A stretch of 64,000 nt of DNA from contig JAUCSD010000001.1 of assembly GCA_030445245.1 (NCBI GenBank), positions 500,671 to 564,670 on the forward strand. The letters run 5' to 3'. Position numbers and translations under genes: made by a program. This DNA comes from Candidatus Saccharimonadota bacterium (GTDB taxonomy: Bacteria > Patescibacteriota > Saccharimonadia > Saccharimonadales > Saccharimonadaceae). Under the pieces are notes generated by a model. The model made no database searches. It was not told where the DNA came from and saw only the letters and a list, made by a program, of their open reading frames with translations. Below, in pieces: positions 19,164 to 28,419 of this stretch. Every line of letters starts with the position of its first letter. Position 1 is the first letter of the stretch.

Positions 19164-19727
19164 CTAGGATTCACTCCATAATCGGGTGAATGTTTTTGAC
19201 TCCCAATCAAATTCTGCAACATCAGGCTGCTGGATACTATGGTGAAGATCGAACGGTACCAGATTTGAATACTTACCCGTAAAGAACGAGAGGATATAGC
19301 CATGAGTAACGATGCCAATATTCGTAGCTTCTGGCTCCGAGTTCACAATGGCCTCAAGTGCCGCTTCAAAACGAGCGAGTGCCTCCTCGACCGTTTCGCC
19401 ACCAGCGATACGTTCGAGGGTGCGGGCATAATATTGTTCGATTTGCTGCAGGTATTCATCACCCGTAATAAACTTATTCGTAAAAGAAGTAATCTCCGTG
19501 AGATCTTTGTGGGTTCGCATGGGAATGATGTTAGGTTTTGCAAGGTAGAGCATTGTCTCTATCGCTTTTGTTTGCAGACTCGAATAGATGACGTTTAATC
19601 CTTGTATCGCTTCCTGCTTACCCAGTTCATGCGCCTTCTCGATACCAGCGTCCGAGAGCCCCCAGAGTGTAATGGGAACTTCGGGTTTTACTGCGGTTTT
19701 TGAGTGGCGAATAAATGTTATTTTCAT
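19164..19727 (-). CDS. histidine phosphatase family protein (phosphoglycerate-mutase-like)
   Basis: N-terminal ITFIRHSKT (RHG-type motif) and C-terminal IVTHGYIL. Its ATG overlaps the hisS stop (ATGA). Confidence 0.75.
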   Translation of the reverse strand: MKITFIRHSKTAVKPEVPITLWGLSDAGIEKAHELGKQEAIQGLNVIYSSLQTKAIETMLYLAKPNIIPMRTHKDLTEITSFTNKFITGDEYLQQIEQYYARTLERIAGGETVEEALARFEAALEAIVNSEPEATNIGIVTHGYILSFFTGKYSNLVPFDLHHSIQQPDVAEFDWESKTFTRLWSES

Positions 19728-21028
19728 AGAGCAATGTGCTGTGTTAACTCAGCGATAGCCACCGTCTCCGAGATAGCCGTCTTCATATTCCGAATAGACA
19801 CGCTCTGAGATTGCAATTCCTTCTCGCCAACAAGCACGACATAGGTGAAGCCCATGCGGTCAGCATAGCGCATTTTTTTATTAAGCTTATCCCGCTCAGT
19901 GTAGAGCATTGTTGAAATGCCTGCTTTACGCAGGGAGGTAGCAATAGCCGCACTACTCGAAATCTGAGCCTGCTCGATCGGCATGACAACCACTTGCGCT
20001 GGACTCTGCGACACGGGATTAATAACGCCGGCTTCGCGTAGCTTATAAAATAGACGTGAAAGACCAATCGAGATACCAACACCTGGAAGCGATGTGTTCG
20101 TATAATAACTAGCCAGATCATCGTACCGTCCGCCAGAGCAAACGCTTCCCACTTCAGGATAGTCGTTAAGGACCGTTTCATAGACAGTACCCGTATAGTA
20201 GTCGAGACCACGAGCAATCTTGAGGTCGATCTTAAACCTGGACTCTGGCACTTCCATCACTCTTAACGCTGCGATGAGTCCTTCAAGTTTCGTAATACCC
20301 TCGCTTAACTGTTCTGAAGCTTCGAGCGCGCGAAGCTGAGCGATAACCTCATCATTACTCCCCTCAATGGCGGTAAAATGAAGGACGCTTTCAATTTGCT
20401 GATCACTGAGACCGGCGGCGCGCAGCTCCGTGACAAGTTCATCGTGAGTGATCTTCTCCATCTTATCGATGATCCGAAGTACTTCACGAGATGAAGCAGC
20501 AAGACCAATTCCCTCAAAAAATCCGTTTAGCACCCGTCTGTCATTAATGCGGATGGTGAATTCTCCGAAGTTGAACTGACTGAATATCTCATTGATAATC
20601 GCCGGAAACTCCGCATCAATGACCGGACTCGTTGATCCAATAACATCAATATCGCATTGATAAAACTCACGGAACCGACCTGCCTGTGCTCGTTCAGCTC
20701 GATACACTTTGCCGATCTGATAGCGTCGAAACGGAAAGACCAGCTCTGATTCATGTTCGGCAACATAGCGTGCAAGCGGCACGGTAAGATCATAGCGCAT
20801 TGTCAGGTCGTTGCGACCATGCACAAAACGATAGATCTGCTGTTCGGTCTCGCCACCACCTTTTGCAAGAAGTACTTCCGATAACTCCAATACAGGTGTG
20901 TCTAGGGGCGAGAAGCCATATTTCTCGTATGTCCCGCGAATGATATCCATGAGACGATTGAATTCAATCTGATTGCTTGGTGAGTATTCATTAAACCCAC
21001 TTGCTGTACGTGCCGTGACTTTTGCCAT
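19724..21028 (-). CDS. hisS: histidine--tRNA ligase
   Basis: 434-aa ORF with class II aaRS motifs (RYDLTVPLARY, FRRYQIGKVYRAERAQAGRFREFYQCD, GGRYD) and an anticodon-binding C-terminal domain. Confidence 0.95.
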   Translation of the reverse strand: MAKVTARTASGFNEYSPSNQIEFNRLMDIIRGTYEKYGFSPLDTPVLELSEVLLAKGGGETEQQIYRFVHGRNDLTMRYDLTVPLARYVAEHESELVFPFRRYQIGKVYRAERAQAGRFREFYQCDIDVIGSTSPVIDAEFPAIINEIFSQFNFGEFTIRINDRRVLNGFFEGIGLAASSREVLRIIDKMEKITHDELVTELRAAGLSDQQIESVLHFTAIEGSNDEVIAQLRALEASEQLSEGITKLEGLIAALRVMEVPESRFKIDLKIARGLDYYTGTVYETVLNDYPEVGSVCSGGRYDDLASYYTNTSLPGVGISIGLSRLFYKLREAGVINPVSQSPAQVVVMPIEQAQISSSAAIATSLRKAGISTMLYTERDKLNKKMRYADRMGFTYVVLVGEKELQSQSVSIRNMKTAISETVAIAELTQHIAL

Positions 21029-21189
21029 GTTATTTCTTTCAACTGTCTAAGCAGATTATATTAGCTGGTGTGTCTTGTAGTCATTATACTGTATTCCTCT
21101 TCGTTGCGGAGATGACAGAGATTTAAATTTATTCCCTTTTTCGCGATTGTAACAGCGTAAGCGGTATCCTATACTTACAGGATACGCAT

Positions 21190-21795
21190 ATGATGTTCTT
21201 AGGTTTACTCGCTGGTATTGTTGGAATTATTGGGTACATTCCGTATATACGGGACATACTCAAAGGCTCAACTCGTCCCGACCGTGCATCATGGCTTATT
21301 TGGCTACTCGAATATGGCGCACTGTTCATCGCCCAACTAGATGCTGGCGCAGGCAACACGCTTTGGATAGTTGGGCTACAACTTATTGGTGTACTTAGCA
21401 TATCCATCCTGTCTTACAAATACGGTGCCGGTGGATTTGATCGTCACAGCAAGTTGCTCCTCCTTGTCGTCTGTGTCGTACTCGGCATTTGGTATTTTAG
21501 TAGCGACCCTGTTCTTACCATCCTACTGCTTCTTGCCGTAGAACTAAGCGCAACAGTACTTACTACAATTAAAGTTTACCGGCAGCCGAGTAGTGAAACA
21601 TTGACGATGTGGATACTCGATGCAACGGCGGGTGCAATAGGGATTGTAGCCGTAGGTACCCATAAAGCTCCTATCTTATACTTATACCCAATCGCTTTGA
21701 CCTTGATGGGATTGAGTGTCGTCATCGCATCATGGACAGGGGCTCGGCGAAACACAACTCCCCTACTGACCGAAGAAAGACTTATCGGCGACTAG
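21190..21795 (+). CDS. multi-TM membrane protein (PQ-loop-like), paralog of 12875..13465
   Basis: 201-aa ORF sharing its N-terminal block with 12875..13465. Confidence 0.5.
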   Translation: MMFLGLLAGIVGIIGYIPYIRDILKGSTRPDRASWLIWLLEYGALFIAQLDAGAGNTLWIVGLQLIGVLSISILSYKYGAGGFDRHSKLLLLVVCVVLGIWYFSSDPVLTILLLLAVELSATVLTTIKVYRQPSSETLTMWILDATAGAIGIVAVGTHKAPILYLYPIALTLMGLSVVIASWTGARRNTTPLLTEERLIGD

Positions 21796-22501
21796 CTTTT
21801 TTGTGGACTCGAATGACTTCGTGAGCATCACTCACGAAATCAGCATAGAGACCGTCGACCCCCATATCATAGAGTCTGCGAACCTCTTCTTCAAACACTG
21901 GCTGCCATACCCAGGCATAGAGTAATAAACCGCGTGCGTGAGCATCCTCAACAAACTCGGGCGTGACGATATCAACGGCTGGCGCAACGATATCGGCTTG
22001 GAGCGGCACGCAAAACGCCGCGTAATCAAGTGGTATGGAATAGAGAAGAGCGACCGTCGTAACCTCCGGGAGGAGCGTCTTAAAAGCCCGTAGCTCAGGA
22101 TGATTAAACGAAGAAATGATGAACCGATCTGTCGTCCATCCTTTTTTGAGATAGTAGCTTACTCGATCCATAACTGGACGGGCTGATCCAGGGTTTTTAA
22201 TTTCAATAACCAAAGGAATACGGCCGTCTATCAGTTCGATGACTTCATCAAGCGTTGGAATCTGCTCACCCTTGCCGGCATCGAGTTTTCGTAGTTCCTC
22301 AAACGATATCTCAAGCGTCAGGCCCTGACCGTTGGTCGTACGATCTACCCGATCGTCATGCATAAGAATAACCTCTCCAGTTGGGAGTACAAAGACATCA
22401 ATCTCTACCATATCAGCACCATGCGCTATAGCTGTAGCGATAGAACGAAGCGTATTCTCGGGCTCATGTCCGCTAGCACCGCGGTGACCAATAATTTTCA
22501 T
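21782..22501 (-). CDS. glycerophosphodiester phosphodiesterase
   Basis: IIGHRGASGHEPENTL, EIDV, HD and E..IK blocks of the GDPD family. Confidence 0.85.
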   Translation of the reverse strand: MKIIGHRGASGHEPENTLRSIATAIAHGADMVEIDVFVLPTGEVILMHDDRVDRTTNGQGLTLEISFEELRKLDAGKGEQIPTLDEVIELIDGRIPLVIEIKNPGSARPVMDRVSYYLKKGWTTDRFIISSFNHPELRAFKTLLPEVTTVALLYSIPLDYAAFCVPLQADIVAPAVDIVTPEFVEDAHARGLLLYAWVWQPVFEEEVRRLYDMGVDGLYADFVSDAHEVIRVHKKASRR

Positions 22502-23760
22502 CGGAGACTTTTTCTCCTCTCCTTGGTCGATGTCTTCACATCAGCTGGCATCTTCAAACGATTGGCGAGCAAGAGGAACGGAAGCGCACCAAGCTGGACG
22601 ATACCTGCGATGAAAAATGACTGGCCGTAGCTATACACATCCGCTACCTTGCCAAGCAGTGGTTGACTCACGACACCACCACTCGATCCAAGCAGCGAAT
22701 CAAACGACAGGACAGTTGCTCGTTGTTCGCTCGGGATAAGATCGTTTAAATAAGCCTGTCTGACCGGCATCACCGCCGCGCCAACCAGTCCCCAGAGAAC
22801 AACCATGGTGATCGCAAAATAGAAATTCGGCACTAATGTGAGAGAAATAAGAAGCAATGCGCTCACGAATGTACCGGTAAGTAACCAGGTACTTCGGCGT
22901 TTAAACAGACCTCTTAAATGCGGAACAAGGAATCCTCCGACAATTTGAGCACCGGCTACCACAGCCGCAGCGAGACCGGCGATCCAATACGCTTTAGGGT
23001 CACCGTAGAGCTGCAAGAGGTATGGCTGAAGCGCATAGAAAATATAGACGCTCACGCCTGAGATAAACGGCGCAGCAAGCATGACCCAGCGAACAGCTGG
23101 TTTTCCAAATCCATATTGCATCGATGAACTGAGAATGGATTTCACTTCCTTCAGGTATGTCGTCCGCTTCATTGGCGTAAAGCCAACATCCTTCATATAG
23201 ATGAACGCGACCACAAATGATACTGCCAACAAGATAACTCGGACAAGATAAGGTACGCCAAGATTTGAGACTTGAGCAATTAATCCACCAAGAACAGAGC
23301 CGACCAGCATGGCGATACCCGAGGCAATCTGCGCTTTGCCAAAGACAGCATCGAGCTGGCCTTTATAATTTGTCGCCTTGAGTGCATCGACAAGCCAGGC
23401 GTCAGTTGCCCCCGAAAAGAAAGTAAAGCCGAGACCTAAGAATAGTGAGGCGATCGCCCAATAGAGAAATGGTGCATGCAGCCATGAAAGGACAAGATAG
23501 AGGAATGTGGTCGCAGCTAGCGTCAGTGTTCCAGCTAGATACGACAAACGCCGACCTTTAGTATCCGCCAAAACGCCCGTCGGAATTTCGAATAGAACCA
23601 TGCCGGCGGTAAAGAACGCGTTAGCAGCAAACGCCTCGACGATCGTCAGTCCCGCATTGAGCAAGAAAAGTGTGTTAATGCCAAAAATAAGTGATGCAGC
23701 CAAGGTATTGAAAAGGGTTAGAGTAAGATAGGTTCGGATAATCGTTTTAGACTCTGGCAT
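22498..23760 (-). CDS. MFS transporter
   Basis: Start moved to ATG 23760 (MPESKTIIRTYL...). About 12 TM, with the loop motif LADTKGRR. The 540-aa track ORF extension overlaps the divergent gene and its promoter. Its stop overlaps the GDPD start. Confidence 0.8.
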   Translation of the reverse strand: MPESKTIIRTYLTLTLFNTLAASLIFGINTLFLLNAGLTIVEAFAANAFFTAGMVLFEIPTGVLADTKGRRLSYLAGTLTLAATTFLYLVLSWLHAPFLYWAIASLFLGLGFTFFSGATDAWLVDALKATNYKGQLDAVFGKAQIASGIAMLVGSVLGGLIAQVSNLGVPYLVRVILLAVSFVVAFIYMKDVGFTPMKRTTYLKEVKSILSSSMQYGFGKPAVRWVMLAAPFISGVSVYIFYALQPYLLQLYGDPKAYWIAGLAAAVVAGAQIVGGFLVPHLRGLFKRRSTWLLTGTFVSALLLISLTLVPNFYFAITMVVLWGLVGAAVMPVRQAYLNDLIPSEQRATVLSFDSLLGSSGGVVSQPLLGKVADVYSYGQSFFIAGIVQLGALPFLLLANRLKMPADVKTSTKERRKSLR

Positions 23761-23834
23761 ATACCTAGTATACTCTTTCCACTCCCTGAGCACTGTATAC
23801 ATTTGCAATGTACACTCCATCACCTCATTACCTC

Positions 23835-23863
23835 TTGACAATTTCACTTTACTTGGGTAAAGT
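23835..23863 (+). promoter_or_regulatory. sigma70-like promoter (TTGACA-17-TAAAGT) ending 7 nt before ATG 23870
   Basis: TTGACA at 23835-40, 17-nt spacer, TAAAGT at 23858-63. No room for a Shine-Dalgarno, so the mRNA may be leaderless. Confidence 0.35.
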
Positions 23864-23869
23864 ATCAGC

Positions 23870-24199
23870 ATGACATACTCAACAGAGAATCTATGGCAAT
23901 CAGCCCCTACCTCCACACTCGCAAGAACCCTTGCAAGCATGAGTGATGAGGAAACAATGCGTAACTTTCTTCGTGACGTCATGACCGAGAAAGAGATCGT
24001 CGAGATTTCAGCTCGTTTTGAAGCAGCTCGACTACTCAGTATGGGCGAACAGTATACCTCTATTTCCAAGAGAACAAAGCTTAGCAGCAGAACTATCGCA
24101 CGCATAAGTGATTGGCTCAAAAACGGCAGTCGCGGCTATGCTGAAGCGTTAAAAATCGCTTCGTCACATCATGAGCATATTCCGCCAGCACGTGACTAG
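23870..24199 (+). CDS. TrpR-like YerC/YecD family DNA-binding protein
   Basis: 109-aa ORF. LRDVMTEKEIVEISARFEAARLL..G..Y..I...T..S..TIARIS matches the YerC/YecD pattern. Confidence 0.75.
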   Translation: MTYSTENLWQSAPTSTLARTLASMSDEETMRNFLRDVMTEKEIVEISARFEAARLLSMGEQYTSISKRTKLSSRTIARISDWLKNGSRGYAEALKIASSHHEHIPPARD

Positions 24200-24223
24200 C
24201 TTACACCCTTTTTGTATAGAACT

Positions 24224-24246
24224 ATAGCCAGCACGATGCTGGCTAT
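24224..24246 (+). terminator. rho-independent terminator (weak T tract)
   Basis: ATAGCCAGC-ACGAT-GCTGGCTAT followed by TTAC. Confidence 0.45.
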
Positions 24247-24281
24247 TTACGTATACGTCACTGTAATAAGAGAGAGTTTTT

Positions 24282-24944
24282 ATGAAAGAACAAGGTACAT
24301 TTTATAAACCAGAGGTCATGGATCTTGATAGCGTCATTGAACCATACCAAAAAGCGTTTGAAGGCTGGCCGTGGTATGAAGTAAGTAAATGCGCCGATAT
24401 ACGTTCACCTACTCGCTGCGAAGGTGGGCTATCGAAAACAGCAATTGGGCAACTGTGTGGAGCGTGTGAATACGCCCCTTCAAGACCAGCATACGAACCA
24501 GAAGAATTACGAGTAAAATTCAAATTAATCGGTGACACCAGACCAACGAGTTGGTATACAGAGGAAGTCGATGCCGGCGTGACACTTGCAGCAGTAGCGT
24601 GGTCTGCAGCTCCGAATGTTATTGCCGCAGAGAAATATCAGGACGTACCCGACATGACTGAGTGGCTCGAGACTACTCTCGGGGAGGAAGACATTGTCTG
24701 GCTCGATGAAGTCTTTGCGAATAAAGATCTGAAACAGAGTGGTAATCTTGCGAGATTCGACTCTATGTGTGAGGGCTTTTTAGACACACTCGAAGGGACG
24801 GCGCTCGCCTTTAGGACAATCAATCCAGCAATGACTCGTGCAGCAATAAAAAATTTTAAAGAGCGGGCGCTCGTATTTACAAGAAACGAGCAGGTACCCG
24901 ATCGACGCGACTTTGTTGTTATTAAAAGAAATGAGGAAATGTAA
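24282..24944 (+). CDS. hypothetical protein with Cys cluster (possible GNAT-like C-terminal half)
   Basis: 220-aa ORF with C-x7-C...C-x2-C (CADIRSPTRC...CGAC) and later IVWLDEVF...KQSGNLAR. Assignment uncertain. Confidence 0.45.
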   Translation: MKEQGTFYKPEVMDLDSVIEPYQKAFEGWPWYEVSKCADIRSPTRCEGGLSKTAIGQLCGACEYAPSRPAYEPEELRVKFKLIGDTRPTSWYTEEVDAGVTLAAVAWSAAPNVIAAEKYQDVPDMTEWLETTLGEEDIVWLDEVFANKDLKQSGNLARFDSMCEGFLDTLEGTALAFRTINPAMTRAAIKNFKERALVFTRNEQVPDRRDFVVIKRNEEM

Positions 24945-24945
24945 G

Positions 24946-25653
24946 ATGAAAATTCTTGTAATAGGTGGCATGCATGGCAATGAGCCACTTGGTATTAATC
25001 TGGTAGAAAAAATAAAGGCTAGTAAGATACCAAACGTAGATGCCGTTACAGCCAACAATATGGCCTTAATCGCCAATAAAAGATTCACGACCCAAGACCT
25101 TAACCGATCTTTCCCTGGTGATATAACATCTTCAGAATATGAACTAAACCGGGCAGCCGAGCTCACACTCCTATGCAATCGCTATGATGTGGTATTAGAT
25201 TTTCACAATACCTATTGTCCTGGCAATGACTGTTCTTTCATTGGCGAGAATGCAAATCAGCAGCTCCTCGACGTATCGAGCTTTCTAGACTTGAACCGTA
25301 TCATCATCGCCGACTACGACTGTATTAATAAATACGCACTCAATTGTATATCGGTAGAGATAAGCATGAATAGCACACTGAATGATGTCGAAACCTGGTA
25401 TCAGAAGATTATTAATTTGAGTCAGCAAGCATTGCTACCGAAGCAAAGTAGTATAGAGAGATATAAATTCGTATATCGCATGACACTAGAAGATCGAGAT
25501 ACGTACACGCTCGCCAATCAAGGTCTTGTCACTTTTGAGCCGATTAGGCCTCAACTGGCTCGAAAAATGGGACTCGATACTCCTGCGTACCCAATTTTTA
25601 TTAACGATACATTCACTCCCTATAATTATGGCGCACTATTAAATAAGCTGTGA
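24946..25653 (+). CDS. succinylglutamate desuccinylase/aspartoacylase (AstE/AspA) family zinc hydrolase
   Basis: Start set at ATG 24946 (MKILVIGGMHGNEPLG...), 1 nt after the upstream stop, with an AGGAA RBS. The GGxHGNE motif and NRSFPG are typical of the family. Confidence 0.7.
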   Translation: MKILVIGGMHGNEPLGINLVEKIKASKIPNVDAVTANNMALIANKRFTTQDLNRSFPGDITSSEYELNRAAELTLLCNRYDVVLDFHNTYCPGNDCSFIGENANQQLLDVSSFLDLNRIIIADYDCINKYALNCISVEISMNSTLNDVETWYQKIINLSQQALLPKQSSIERYKFVYRMTLEDRDTYTLANQGLVTFEPIRPQLARKMGLDTPAYPIFINDTFTPYNYGALLNKL

Positions 25654-25657
25654 CCAT

Positions 25658-25689
25658 AAAAAGAGACCTCGCTGCCGAGGTCTCTTTTT
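25658..25689. terminator. bidirectional rho-independent terminator
   Basis: AAAAAGAGACCTCG-CTGC-CGAGGTCTCTTTTT, a 14-bp perfect stem between convergent genes. Confidence 0.75.
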
Positions 25690-25706
25690 GCACTGATCGC
25701 TTGAGA

Positions 25707-26096
25707 TTAGTCCTCAATAACAGACAGGATGTTACCAGCGGGGTCCTTGAACCACGCAATATCTGGTCCTTGATTGGCGGCTTTGCCACGCATGATTCCC
25801 TTTTCGTCTTGAGGGCCTGGCATGTCAGGATAGCGCTCAAATGTAATACCATGATCTCCAGCTAGGTGATCGACTGTTTCATCGATGTTTTCAACCACAA
25901 AGTTAAGCACCGTGAATTCAGCTGGCTTGTGGCCAGGTTTTTCATAGATGAACAATTTTCCGCCACCAGGAAGCTCCAGCTGCAATCCCATACTATCGTC
26001 CTTGAGTGCCAGCTCAAGTGTTCCTACGTAAAATTCTTTGGCTTTTTCGATATCATCAACCGAAAAACCACTAAATGTCGACAATGCGTTTATCAT
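25707..26096 (-). CDS. VOC (glyoxalase/bleomycin-resistance) family protein
   Basis: Start set at ATG 26096 behind an AAGGAGGG RBS. Single-VOC-domain pattern (F.GFSVDDIEKAKEFY...LFIYEK). Confidence 0.7.
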   Translation of the reverse strand: MINALSTFSGFSVDDIEKAKEFYVGTLELALKDDSMGLQLELPGGGKLFIYEKPGHKPAEFTVLNFVVENIDETVDHLAGDHGITFERYPDMPGPQDEKGIMRGKAANQGPDIAWFKDPAGNILSVIED

Positions 26097-26164
26097 AGAT
26101 TCCCTCCTTATTATGAGCATACTAGTACACCTATATTACCACGCAAAAATGATACGCTGCTTAG

Positions 26165-26620
26165 TTATGAGGATTTAAAGCTACTCGCTAGAGGTCTGTC
26201 GAGCCATACAAATACTTCACCTTCTGTGAAACCAGCATCTTTATATGTACTAAGTGCGCCGAATGCGTCTTGAGGGATGAGGGTTGCCACGTACTCACAA
26301 CCACAGTTCCGTAGATCTTGAAGCAGACGGTTGAGTAGATCATTGCCTAGTTTCTTGCCTCTATGGGTTGGAGAGACGAAGATGTTTTCAATGATTGCCT
26401 TTTTTAAACCGTCGCTGAAGCTCGCGATGATAAAGCCGACGAGCCTATCCTTGTCTTGAGCGACTCGTATGAAAACATCGCCTGACTCTATCGCGCGCCG
26501 CAATGTTTTCTTTGGCCAGAAGGTGACCGTTTCCCTACTAACGCTAAACTCGGATACACCGCTACCAAGCGCATGCAATTCGTCGACGTCTTTTAAGAGC
26601 GCCGCACGGACCTCAGTCAT
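26165..26620 (-). CDS. GNAT family N-acetyltransferase
   Basis: Motif A IENIFVSPTHRGKKLGNDLLNRL. Confidence 0.8.
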   Translation of the reverse strand: MTEVRAALLKDVDELHALGSGVSEFSVSRETVTFWPKKTLRRAIESGDVFIRVAQDKDRLVGFIIASFSDGLKKAIIENIFVSPTHRGKKLGNDLLNRLLQDLRNCGCEYVATLIPQDAFGALSTYKDAGFTEGEVFVWLDRPLASSFKSS

Positions 26621-26621
26621 C

Positions 26622-27035
26622 TTATCGCCAGATGGCTAAGATAACGGAGTTAACAGCCATTACCACCAAGAAGTAGCTGCTATTAAGCCAGAGAAACTTC
26701 CAGCTTCTGTTGGAATAAAGCGTCACGCCGACCGTGGTGGCTGCAGTAAGACCAAGCCATAATATAAAGCCTACGAGAAAGCCGTTGGTTGCCGTAGTTA
26801 CATTCAGTGAGTGGATAATGACTGCGAGCGTCAGAGCTTGGAAAATTGCTGAAATAGCCACGGAGATGATTATTTTTGTTGCCTTCTTTTGTGGAATCTT
26901 AAGAAGATCAATGCCCGTATGCTTTTGCCATGGTTTTGCAAATCCCGCTGGAGAATACCAAAAAGCCCCGACGGCTATATTAATAATCCAAGCGACCACG
27001 ACTGCCCAAAAATTTATACCACTAAAGTCCAACAT
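26622..27035 (-). CDS. DUF1761-family membrane protein
   Basis: 137-aa ORF with 4 TM. N-terminus INFWAVVVAWIINIAVGAFWYSP..F...W is typical of DUF1761. Confidence 0.6.
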   Translation of the reverse strand: MLDFSGINFWAVVVAWIINIAVGAFWYSPAGFAKPWQKHTGIDLLKIPQKKATKIIISVAISAIFQALTLAVIIHSLNVTTATNGFLVGFILWLGLTAATTVGVTLYSNRSWKFLWLNSSYFLVVMAVNSVILAIWR

Positions 27036-27130
27036 CTACCGCTCCTTTTGTTATTGTTACTTAGGGTTATTTTCAGTCTTTGCGAATCGTATGTCAATAA
27101 CTAAGATCCGCAGGATACGAGTAGCTACCG

Positions 27131-27532
27131 CTACCTCTTTTTGGACGAGGATCTTCTATGCGTTGAACGTTCAGCTTTTTTCTGTACTTTCTTTATGCGC
27201 ACTTCAAGCTTTTGATCACTCTCGTCCTCAGCTTCAATAATGCCATCATCACTAATGCCGAGCTTTCTCATAATTGCATCCTGCTTGATGTTCATCGCCA
27301 GATTGTCACGATTCTGGGTATTTTGAATGATAAATACCATAAGAAAAGTGATGATCGTCGTGCCTGTATTGATAATCAGCTGCCAAGTATCGGAGAATCC
27401 CAAAATTGGACCAGTTATACCCCATAAAATTAGGACACCAAGTGCCGAGACGAAAATCCATGGACGTCCAAGCCAAGCTGAAACGGTAGTTGTAAACTTT
27501 GTAAAGATATCCTCTTTCGTGTGTTTACTCAT
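27131..27532 (-). CDS. low-affinity iron permease family protein
   Basis: GRPWIF...GPILGFSDTWQLIINTGTTIITFLMVFIIQNTQNRD is the signature block of that family. Confidence 0.7.
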   Translation of the reverse strand: MSKHTKEDIFTKFTTTVSAWLGRPWIFVSALGVLILWGITGPILGFSDTWQLIINTGTTIITFLMVFIIQNTQNRDNLAMNIKQDAIMRKLGISDDGIIEAEDESDQKLEVRIKKVQKKAERSTHRRSSSKKR

Positions 27533-27626
27533 CTTTTAAACCTCCTCCGCTAATTGAAGTCTAGGTACTTCTTGAATACTATTATGCCAAATGTGACAAT
27601 AAAACGATATTAATTTCTAAGGAAAA

Positions 27627-28274
27627 TTACTGTACTTTTTTCAGTACTTGCAGCGCCACACCGGCAATAAGTCCCGCGGATTGATCTTCGGGATGAATAA
27701 ATATAGGCTCATATTCTTCGGTTGATTCAGAAATAAGTGCGATTCGAGAGAGCTGACCTTCACTGTCAAGTTCGGGAAGAAATTTCTTAATATTAGCCAG
27801 ATTATTAACCGTTGCCACGACGTAGTCACCTTTTTTAGGTTCACGACCACTATCGACAATAACAAAGTCCCCGTCGTCGATTGTTTCTCCATACAGATGC
27901 GCCTGATTCATTGATGTGCCGTCCGCCTTAACAGCAAAAAGAGAATCGAGACTTCCGGCCCGTTTGAGCAAACGAGAAGAAACACAAATCTCGCCAGCAG
28001 GTTCAGCTCCGGCTATACGAGTAGCTGGCCCACAGTTTGCAGCACCAAGATAAGGTATCGTAACGAGGTCTGCCCCGACGAGCAAGCCCTCGTCAACTCG
28101 TGATGCACGGAAAATCCCCGTTCGCTTGATGAGTCCTTTTTTAATAAGCTGTTCCCGGTGGTACTTGGCTGTTTGCGGATGTACGCCTAGTTGACGGGCA
28201 AGTTCGCGAATACCTAATGTGTTTATATCGGTGGTCTTGGCAAGTTTGAGTAGTTGTATTTGCGTCTCGTTCAT
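27627..28274 (-). CDS. LexA-like repressor (wHTH + S24 peptidase), copy 1
   Basis: Start set at ATG 28274 (MNETQIQLL...) by homology of the leader (AAGGTAATG) with copy 2. HTH block IRELARQLGVHPQTAKYH. S24 catalytic Ser in DGTSM and Lys in ANIKKF. 186/215 residues are identical to 62414..63061 by hand alignment. Confidence 0.8.
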   Translation of the reverse strand: MNETQIQLLKLAKTTDINTLGIRELARQLGVHPQTAKYHREQLIKKGLIKRTGIFRASRVDEGLLVGADLVTIPYLGAANCGPATRIAGAEPAGEICVSSRLLKRAGSLDSLFAVKADGTSMNQAHLYGETIDDGDFVIVDSGREPKKGDYVVATVNNLANIKKFLPELDSEGQLSRIALISESTEEYEPIFIHPEDQSAGLIAGVALQVLKKVQ

Positions 28275-28313
28275 TACCTTATAGTATAGCCCGTCAAGAA
28301 GTGTCATGCAAGT

Positions 28314-28355
28314 GTCAATAAAACTGTTGACGGTCGATTATCAAACTGCTACTAT
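28314..28355 (+). promoter_or_regulatory. divergent promoter/operator: inverted GTCAA-N8-TTGAC overlapping a TTGACG-17-TACTAT promoter
   Basis: GTCAA 28314-18 and TTGAC 28327-31. -35 TTGACG 28327-32, -10 TACTAT 28350-55. The same architecture is conserved at 63100..63140. An extra GTGTCA(A) half-site repeat lies at 28293-28306. Confidence 0.5.
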
Positions 28356-28419
28356 TAAATTAGTTAAGAGAGGGAATCTACTCGAACCATAACATTCGTA
28401 ATAGGAGGGAGACGCAGGA

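Noticed and set aside
19724-19727. Possibility of an alternative genetic code (UGA as sense, as in some CPR lineages)
   Set aside because: TGA terminates well-defined genes exactly at family-typical C-termini and occurs in several ATGA start/stop overlaps (hisS/phosphatase, GT2/GH18, zeta/54-aa ORF). The standard code fits.
22498-24120. 540-aa version of the MFS ORF
   Set aside because: The first 120 residues overlap the divergent YerC/YecD-like gene and its promoter and look non-protein-like. The MFS fold starts at MPESKTIIRTY (ATG 23760).
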